Of a stretch of DNA of 64,000 bases, positions 56,932-64,000 are shown piece by piece (the stretch's first letter is position 1; each line of letters begins with the position of its first letter). A program made the position numbers and the translations under genes. The notes beneath the pieces were generated by a model that was not told the DNA's origin, did not search any database, and saw only the letters and a list, made by a program, of their open reading frames with translations. The stretch is from Candidatus Velthaea sp. (GTDB taxonomy: Bacteria; Vulcanimicrobiota; Vulcanimicrobiia; Vulcanimicrobiales; Vulcanimicrobiaceae). The DNA lies in contig CBDCCS010000018.1 in NCBI GenBank assembly GCA_965214935.1, forward strand, positions 224,001-288,000, written 5' to 3'.

Positions 56932-58829
56932 GATACAAAGCGCTGCTCGCGCGTATTGGTAGTGTCGTTCTCCTTTCGGCCGCTCTCGGCAGGGGTGGCG
57001 ACGCGCAAACGCAGTCGACGCCGATGACGGTCGCGGTCGATGCGCGCGAAGCGACTCGCGGTATTCTGCACGTGCATGAAACGCTACCGGTAACCGCCGG
57101 TCCGCTCAAGCTCGTTTATCCCAAATGGATCCCGGGCGAGCACGCGCCGAACGGGCCGCTCGCGAATCTTGCCGGCCTGACGATTAGCGCGAACGGCACG
57201 GCGCTAGACTGGCGTCGCGATCCGGTAGAACTCTACGCGTTTCGGGTCGATGTGCCCGCGGGCGTTACGCTGCTCGACGTGCAGTTCGATTTTTTGGGTG
57301 CCGCGGCGGGTCAATATAGTTCCGCCCGCTTAGCGTCGCCGACGACGCTCGTGCTGACGTGGAATAAAGTCATTCTCGCTCCCGACGTCGCCGATTACGG
57401 CACGCTGCAAATCGAGCCGTCATTACAGCTTCCGGATACGAACTGGCAATTCGCCAGCGCGCTCGACGTGGCGTCGCAGCAAGGCGCGCAAATCCGCTTC
57501 AAGCCTCTGAGCGAAGAGATGCTCGTCGATTCGCCGCTGGATGCCGGACTCAATGTCAAGCGAATTCCGCTGGGATCGCTCGATGCCGCGCCGGTCGAAC
57601 TCGACGTGTTCGCGGACACGCCGGCGCAACTCGATGCAAGCCCGGCGACCGTCGCGAAATTCCGCAATCTCGTTCAGGAGATGCAAGCGCTCTATCACGC
57701 TCGGCATTTCAATCACTACGCGTTCTTGCTGACCGTATCGGACGTACTTCCCGGTGAGGGTGTCGAACATCACCAATCGAGCGATGACGGCACGGACGGC
57801 GATTTCCTCACCGATGCGAGCGCGTTAGCGAACGACGGCGATCTGCTGCCGCACGAATTCAATCATTCGTGGGACGGAAAATACCGGCGGCCGGCGGATC
57901 TCGCTACACGCAATCTGCAAGTGCCGATGCAAGACAGTCTCTTGTGGGTCTACGAAGGTATGACCCAGTTCTATGGTGAGCTGCAAGCCGAACGTAGCGG
58001 TCTATGGAGCAAAGAGCAGTGGCTTGATTCACTCGCGGCAACCTATGCGGAGCTCGATACGACGACCGGCCGGCTGACGCGCCCATTGCTCGATACGGCG
58101 GTATCCGGGCCATTTTTATATGCCGCCGGCCGGTCGTGGGAAGCAACGCGGCGCAGCGTGGATTTCTATCCCGAAGGGAACTTGATGTGGCTCGAAGCGG
58201 ACGTGATCATCGGTCGTTTATCGAGCGGCCGCCGGTCGATGGACGATGTTGCGCGCCGCTTTTTCGGCCGCAGCGATAGCGGTCCGCAAGTCGTTCCATA
58301 CACACGCGACGATCTTATCGCGGCGCTCAGCGCCGTGCAGCCGTATGATTGGCGGGCGTTTTTGGCTCAACGCATCGACGCCATCGCCCCGCATCCGCCC
58401 GATCCATTCACGCTCGCCGGCTGGCGCGTCGTCTACACGCCGGTGCCCAGCGCGTTCTACAAATTACGCGAAGGCCACGCGAAAAGTCTCGATGCACGCT
58501 TTTCGCTGGGTCTCGTCGCAAAAACGGACGGATCGATCGTCGACGTAATCGGCGGCTCGCCGGCGGCACGCGCCGGCATCGGACCAGGCGCCAAGATCGT
58601 TGCGGTCAACGGTCGGGCGCTCGAAGGCGGCGACACGCAAACCGCGCTCGACGATGCACTGCGCGACGCACAGCGCAGCGGCACGGTGACGTTGTTAACG
58701 CTCGGCGGAAATGTGTATCGTACCGTTGCGCTCGCATATAGCGGCGGACCTCGCTATCCGCATCTCGAACGAATCGGCGCCAGCCGCGATCTGCTCGGTG
58801 CGATCGCTGCCGCGCGACGGCCGCATTGA
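56928..58829 (+). CDS. M61 family (glycyl) aminopeptidase with PDZ domain
   Basis: PKWIPG, GVEH, HEFNHSW, LWVYEG, PDZ (GSPAARAGI); signal peptide; ATGA overlap. Confidence 0.93.
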   Translation: MRYKALLARIGSVVLLSAALGRGGDAQTQSTPMTVAVDAREATRGILHVHETLPVTAGPLKLVYPKWIPGEHAPNGPLANLAGLTISANGTALDWRRDPVELYAFRVDVPAGVTLLDVQFDFLGAAAGQYSSARLASPTTLVLTWNKVILAPDVADYGTLQIEPSLQLPDTNWQFASALDVASQQGAQIRFKPLSEEMLVDSPLDAGLNVKRIPLGSLDAAPVELDVFADTPAQLDASPATVAKFRNLVQEMQALYHARHFNHYAFLLTVSDVLPGEGVEHHQSSDDGTDGDFLTDASALANDGDLLPHEFNHSWDGKYRRPADLATRNLQVPMQDSLLWVYEGMTQFYGELQAERSGLWSKEQWLDSLAATYAELDTTTGRLTRPLLDTAVSGPFLYAAGRSWEATRRSVDFYPEGNLMWLEADVIIGRLSSGRRSMDDVARRFFGRSDSGPQVVPYTRDDLIAALSAVQPYDWRAFLAQRIDAIAPHPPDPFTLAGWRVVYTPVPSAFYKLREGHAKSLDARFSLGLVAKTDGSIVDVIGGSPAARAGIGPGAKIVAVNGRALEGGDTQTALDDALRDAQRSGTVTLLTLGGNVYRTVALAYSGGPRYPHLERIGASRDLLGAIAAARRPH

Positions 58830-58922
58830 TGCAACCGATCACGCAAGAAGATACGCGCTAACGGCAAATGCCGTTCAAAGGTGGTCCTGCGACCATGTGC
58901 ACGCTGATCGACCGGAGCGAAC

Positions 58923-60185
58923 GTGACGTTTAATATTTCTTCGAGTGCGCCGATAAGCCGCCACGCGATGGCATACGTTTTAGCGGGCGGTCGCGGGACG
59001 CGGCTGCTCGAGCTTACCGATAAGCGCGCGAAGCCCGCAGTGTATTTCGGCGGCAAATCCCGCATCATTGATTTCGCCTTGTCGAATGCGCTTAATTCCG
59101 GTATCCGCCGCATTGCCGTAGCCACGCAATACAAAGCGCACAGTTTGATCCGGCATCTGCAACGCGGTTGGAATTTCTTACGTCCCGAACGTAACGAAAG
59201 TTTTGATATACTTCCGGCCAGTCAACGCGTTAGCGAAACACAATGGTATGCCGGTACCGCCGATGCCGTCTATCAAAATATCGACATTATCAACAGTTAT
59301 GCACCGGAATTTATCGTGCTGCTGGCCGGCGATCACATTTATAAGATGGACTACGAGCAGATGCTCAAGCAGCATGTCGAGCAGCAGGCCGATGTCACGA
59401 TTGCATGTGTTGAAGTCCCGCGGCTGGACGCGAGCGCATTCGGCGTGGTTCACGTGGATGAGAACGACCGCGTCATTTCATTTCTCGAAAAACCGAAAGA
59501 CCCGCCGGGCATGCCCGACAAACCGGACATGGCCTTTGCCAGCATGGGCATCTATGTGTTTCGCACGAAATTTCTGTTCGAAGAGCTCAAGCGAGATGCG
59601 GCAGAAGAAGCGTCGGCGCACGATTTCGGCAAGGATATCATTCCGTTCATCGTGCGCAACGGCCGGGCCGTTGCGCATCGGTTCGAACGGTCGTGCGTGC
59701 GGTCGACTCCGCAAGCCGAAGCGTACTGGCGAGACGCCGGAACGGTCGATGCTTACTGGGAAGCGAATATCGACCTCACGGATTTCGTGCCGGCGCTCGA
59801 CTTATACGATACGAATTGGCCGATCTGGACGTACGGCGAAATAACGCCGCCCGCAAAGTTCATTCACGACGAGGAAAACCGCCGCGGCACGGCCATCAGC
59901 TCACTTGTCTCCGGCGGTTGCGTTTTATCAGGTTCGATGGTACGCCGTTCGCTGCTGTCGACCGGCGTGAAGGTCCGTTCGTTCGGCGAACTTACCGGCG
60001 CGGTCGTGCTACCGTATGCGGAAATCGATCGCTCCGTCCGGCTGACGAATGTGGTCATCGACCGCGGCGTTCAGATTCCGGCAGGTCTCGTCGTTGGCGA
60101 AGATCCGGAGTTCGACGCGGCGCGATTCACTCGAACGTCCAACGGCATCTGCTTGATCACGCAACCGATGATCGATCAGCTCTAA
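58923..60185 (+). CDS. glgC: Glucose-1-phosphate adenylyltransferase
   Basis: [50 protein letters not shown]. Confidence 0.98.
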   Translation: MTFNISSSAPISRHAMAYVLAGGRGTRLLELTDKRAKPAVYFGGKSRIIDFALSNALNSGIRRIAVATQYKAHSLIRHLQRGWNFLRPERNESFDILPASQRVSETQWYAGTADAVYQNIDIINSYAPEFIVLLAGDHIYKMDYEQMLKQHVEQQADVTIACVEVPRLDASAFGVVHVDENDRVISFLEKPKDPPGMPDKPDMAFASMGIYVFRTKFLFEELKRDAAEEASAHDFGKDIIPFIVRNGRAVAHRFERSCVRSTPQAEAYWRDAGTVDAYWEANIDLTDFVPALDLYDTNWPIWTYGEITPPAKFIHDEENRRGTAISSLVSGGCVLSGSMVRRSLLSTGVKVRSFGELTGAVVLPYAEIDRSVRLTNVVIDRGVQIPAGLVVGEDPEFDAARFTRTSNGICLITQPMIDQL

Positions 60186-60207
60186 GCGGTTGCCCGCGGT
60201 GCAACGC

Positions 60208-61665
60208 ATGCGCGTTCTGTCGGTGGCATCCGAGGTGTATCCGATCGTTAAAACGGGCGGACTCGCCGACGTCGTAGGCGCTCTCCCGGCTGCGCTTGCC
60301 CGCGAAGGCGTCGAAGTACAAACGCTCGTACCCGGCTATCCGGCGGTGATCGACGCACTCGAGAGCGCGACGACAATTTTGCCGCTGGACGATGTTTTCG
60401 GTGAGCGCGGTCGCGTCTTAGCGGGCAGAGGCGGCGGCCTCGATTTGTTGGTGCTCGATGCGCCGCACCTTTACGACCGGCCCGGCGGCCCCTATCTCGG
60501 GCTCGATGGTCGCGATTGGCCCGACAACGCGTTCCGCTTTGCGGCGCTTTCACGCGTGGCCGCGCAAATTGCGCTCGGAGCCGTTGCCTTCGTCCCCGAT
60601 ATCGTCCACGCGCATGATTGGCAAGCCGGACTCAGCGCTGCATATCTGCGCTTTGCGCCGGACCGTGGCCCCGGCTCGGTGATGACGGTTCACAATCTTG
60701 CATTTCAAGGACTTTTTTCGCCGACGTTGCTCGGTCCGCTCGGTTTGCCGCCGCAGGCGTACGCCGTCGATGGAATCGAGTACTACGGCAATCTCAGTTT
60801 CCTCAAAGCCGGACTGCAATTCGCAGACCGTATTACAACCGTCTCACCAACCTATGCAGTTGAGATTGCGACGCCCCGGGACGGCATGGGCTTCGACGGC
60901 TTACTGCGCACGCGTGCCGACCGGTTCTCGGGCATCCTCAACGGCATCGATGACGCGGTCTGGGATCCTGCACGCGACCGGTTCATCGCTGCCACCTACG
61001 ATCTTTCTACGATTGCGAAACGGACTGCGAACACGGCAGCGCTGCGCAAACGCTTTGCACTCACCGATGACCCGCAAGCGCTGCTCGTTGGGATCATCAG
61101 CCGTCTGTCGGCCCAAAAGGGACTCGATCTCCTACTGCAAGCGTTGCCGCGGCTTATCTCGCGCGGCGTTCAGTTCGTCGTGCTCGGTGCGGGTGACACC
61201 GAACTCGAAGCGGCGTTCGTTGCAGCGGTCGCGACCTACCCCGGTCGCATTGGTGCTTATATCGGCTACGACGAAACGGCGGCGCATCTGCTCCAAGCCG
61301 GTTCGGACGTCATCTTAGTACCGTCCAGATTCGAGCCATGCGGGCTAACGCAATTGTGCGCGCTCCGGTACGGTGCCGTTCCGGTCGTTGCACGCGTCGG
61401 GGGTCTGGCCGATACCGTCATCGATGCAAACGAAATGGCTTTAGCAGCGCAAGTCGCAACCGGGATACAATTCACATCGGCATCCGTTGAAGCACTCGAA
61501 GACGCGGTGCTTCGCGCAGCTAAACTGTTCGCTGCCCCCGATACCTGGCATGTATTGCAACGTAACGCCATGAGTACCGACGTTTCTTGGAGCCGCTCGG
61601 GCCGAGCCTATGCTCGGCTCTATCGCGAAATTCTCGACGCGCAACGAACGGCGAGCATTCGTTAA
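60208..61665 (+). CDS. glgA: Glycogen synthase
   Basis: KTGGLADV, HAHDWQ, HNLAFQG, SRLSAQKG, PSRFEPCGLTQL. Alternative TTG start at 60190. Confidence 0.97.
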   Translation: MRVLSVASEVYPIVKTGGLADVVGALPAALAREGVEVQTLVPGYPAVIDALESATTILPLDDVFGERGRVLAGRGGGLDLLVLDAPHLYDRPGGPYLGLDGRDWPDNAFRFAALSRVAAQIALGAVAFVPDIVHAHDWQAGLSAAYLRFAPDRGPGSVMTVHNLAFQGLFSPTLLGPLGLPPQAYAVDGIEYYGNLSFLKAGLQFADRITTVSPTYAVEIATPRDGMGFDGLLRTRADRFSGILNGIDDAVWDPARDRFIAATYDLSTIAKRTANTAALRKRFALTDDPQALLVGIISRLSAQKGLDLLLQALPRLISRGVQFVVLGAGDTELEAAFVAAVATYPGRIGAYIGYDETAAHLLQAGSDVILVPSRFEPCGLTQLCALRYGAVPVVARVGGLADTVIDANEMALAAQVATGIQFTSASVEALEDAVLRAAKLFAAPDTWHVLQRNAMSTDVSWSRSGRAYARLYREILDAQRTASIR

Positions 61666-62004
61666 ATTGCGCTAAGCGGAGCGAACGCTAAGCTCCGGAC
61701 GGCTTCATAGCGATCGAGCGGAGCTGATGTTGTTCGCTCGAACACTGTAGCGCTTCGTGCGCTGCTGATGCATACATCGCCGCCGGCCTGCCAACGTTCA
61801 CGCGCGGCGTGCCGAATGCCTAAAACGCTTAACGGCGTTGCAGCACGTTTGAACAGCTCTACCTCAATGGCTGCAAGATATCGTGTTTTATGATGATATA
61901 TGAAAGATACTTTAATTACAAATTAGCTGAGATAACGTAGCTCGTTGCGCTACGTACGACAATGTTCGTAGCGCGCATTCCATCGATACGATATGATACC
62001 GGCA

Positions 62005-62472
62005 ATGAACCATATAAATGTCTCGATAAGCGTCAACCAACCGGTTGCGGAGACGCATGTGCGCTTAGCAGATTTTTTACGCGAATTTGCGCCGCAGGCG
62101 GAGATGTCGATACTGTTGCGTGCGCCGTTCGATATTTCGGCGCTGCATGTAGGCGTAACGCTCGAACGCAGCGTGGTCGCACGCTTCGCGCCGCTCGGTC
62201 AAGACAACGAAGCCTATGCCGTCGCTTGGCAACCGTCCGTCGGCGGACCGTTTCCGGCGTTCGCCGGCACGATCTATGTAACGGCGGACGAGTCGCGTAA
62301 CGAATCGATCGTCACGCTCGACGGTCATTATCATCCGCCGCTCGGCGTCGCGGGGGACGTTTTCGATTTCATCGTCGGTCGGCACATTGCGCAAGCAAGT
62401 GTTGCGGACTTACTGGAACGCATTACGCTTTATATCGGCAACGTTCCGGCACCGATTGCCGCATTCGTTTAG
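62005..62472 (+). CDS. Hypothetical protein, possibly SRPBCC/START-like fold
   Basis: W-x-P...GPFPAFAG and LDGHYHPPLG-x-AG-x-x-FD...IAQAS...LL; preceded by an AT-rich promoter region. Confidence 0.7.
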   Translation: MNHINVSISVNQPVAETHVRLADFLREFAPQAEMSILLRAPFDISALHVGVTLERSVVARFAPLGQDNEAYAVAWQPSVGGPFPAFAGTIYVTADESRNESIVTLDGHYHPPLGVAGDVFDFIVGRHIAQASVADLLERITLYIGNVPAPIAAFV

Positions 62473-62752
62473 AAACATCGGCCGGCAAGGCGTAACGGTC
62501 GGCACCTAGCGGAGTCGGCGACCGAACTCTATTTCGGCGCTGCGTTACCGATTGTAAGATTTTACGCAACTACGCGTGCTAATTTCTTTGTGTTGTTGCT
62601 AGTGTAATTGTCGACGTCGCAGAATACCCGCCTCGTTGTAATGAGTCAGATTTGTCAAGCGCAGCAGGTTAGATCGAATACTTCGCACGCGTGCTTAATT
62701 TTTCAACTTGACTGCTTATTCGTGCACCAGGCCAAGGTGGCGGAACGAAACA

Positions 62753-64000
62753 TTGGGCTTTGCTGATTCGCTGGCCGAACGCGAAGCGAATCGTTTAGTA
62801 GAGCTTCATCGGCTCGCCATCCTCGATAGCGGAAGCGAACGCGAGTTCGATGTTATTGCCCTGGCGGCCGCTGCGCTTTTCGATGCGCCGATCGTTTTGA
62901 TTTCGTTGATCGACAAGCACCGTCAATGGTTCAAGGCGGCCATCGGCTTGGAGCTGCGCGAAACCACTCGCGACGTCGCTTTTTGCGCGCATGCCATTGA
63001 GGCGCCGCAGCGCGTCATGGTCGTTCCGGATGCCGCACTCGATGTGCGCTTTGCCGCGAATCCACTGGTGACGGGTGAACGCGCATTTGAGCGTATGCCG
63101 GCGCCCCGCTCGTAACGAAGCGCGGCTTTGCCCTTGGTACGCTTTGCGTTATCGATCGCCGGCCGCGCGAATTCAGCGCCGATCAGAGCGTTGGTTTGTC
63201 GGCGCTCGCACGTCTCGTTATGGACTTGATCGAAGGCGACGCCGGTCGAGCCGGACGTCACCTTGCGCAGGGTGTCGAACGATCGGTTCCGCTCGTGGCA
63301 GTGTTCGGTTGGAACGAACGGTCGCAAATAAACACTTGGAGCAGCGCCGCGGAGTCGCTCTTAGGCTGGACGGCCGATGACGTTCTGGGCCGCGCTCCGG
63401 CATTTATTGTTGAATGTTCGCGCCCTCCGGCTGCCGGCGATTGTAACGCAGTGTTACGCCGCTCGGAACGTGCCGTCGAAATGTGCACGATGCTGACTAA
63501 AGATGGACGACGGATCAAGGTCGCGCTGAAGTCGACGCCCCGCTTTGCATACACCGGCGAATCGTCCCGCATTGCGACGCTTGAGTTCCTCGACGAGCAG
63601 CTGCCGGTCGAACGGCGCCTCGCTATGCTCGAATCGGTGGTCGTCCATTCAACCGATGCAGTGATCGTCACGGCCGGTGAACCGGATGCTGCGGGCAGCT
63701 ATCGCGTGATGTATGTCAACGATGCGTTTAGCCGCATGACCGGTTATGCCGCCGGTGAAGCGATCGGCCGAACCCCGGCAATGCTGCTGCAAGGCGACGC
63801 AACGGACATCTCCACGATCGCTCGTATTGCTAGTGCCATCGACCGGTGCCAGAGCGTATCGGTCGAGGTACTCGAATATCGAAAAGACCGGACGACGTTC
63901 TGGGCCGAGGTCAACATCTCGCCGGTCCGCGACATTGACGGTTCGTGCATGTACTTCATCGGGGTGCAGCGCGACTTGACCGCGCGACGGGCCCGCGAAG
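62753..64000 (+). pseudogene. GAF-PAS-PAS sensor protein, frameshifted and truncated by the window end
   Basis: GAF (LISLID..RQWFK, AFCAHAI, RFAANPLV). After a -1 shift at about 63090 it reads YAGAPLVT..GFALGTLCVID, then two PAS domains, open to 64000. Confidence 0.8.

Noticed and set aside
1..64000. CRISPR array, tRNA/rRNA, transposase, integrase or prophage genes
   Set aside because: By eye I saw no regularly spaced repeats, cloverleaf-like segments, or DDE/tyrosine/serine recombinase motifs

Overview
High-GC bacterial chromosome segment with about 60 genes. I found no rRNA, tRNA, CRISPR array, transposase or integrase. The gene style suggests Vulcanimicrobiota/Eremiobacterota (WPS-2): a diderm outer-membrane protein, a HiPIP, a Terrabacteria-like yqeK-rsfS-leuS-comEA/comEC neighbourhood and a CIRCE element before clpB. 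That assignment is inference only. Left half (accessory/metabolic): a signal-less 1092-aa protein with six DUF11/Ig-like repeats plus a membrane-anchored HEAT-like partner; dehydrogenases and a Na+/sugar symporter; an aldehyde dehydrogenase with DUF779; frameshifted DoxX-like and mismatch-glycosylase genes; a 692-aa secreted protein of unknown function; an AraC-linked GlcG/hydrolase/carbonic-anhydrase unit; and an NrtR(NUDIX-wHTH)-SPFH-NAD-kinase-like operon with a readable promoter and tandem palindromic operators. Centre: comEC followed by a layered scar (a diverged second comEC fragment and two tail-to-tail Phd-type antitoxin remnants), a GT-C-like membrane protein, a galE-like epimerase, and a complementary pair of GGDEF-EAL proteins, one with LOV-like PAS and CZB domains. 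Right half (core): leuS, comEA, TPM protein, rsfS, yqeK, rimI, tsaB, tsaE, gyrA, trxA, porin, clpB, HiPIP, M61 peptidase, alphaproteobacteria-like glgC-glgA and a truncated GAF-PAS-PAS sensor. Four isolated single-base frameshifts in otherwise intact genes may be assembly errors. All functional calls come from motif recognition by eye; no database searches were run.
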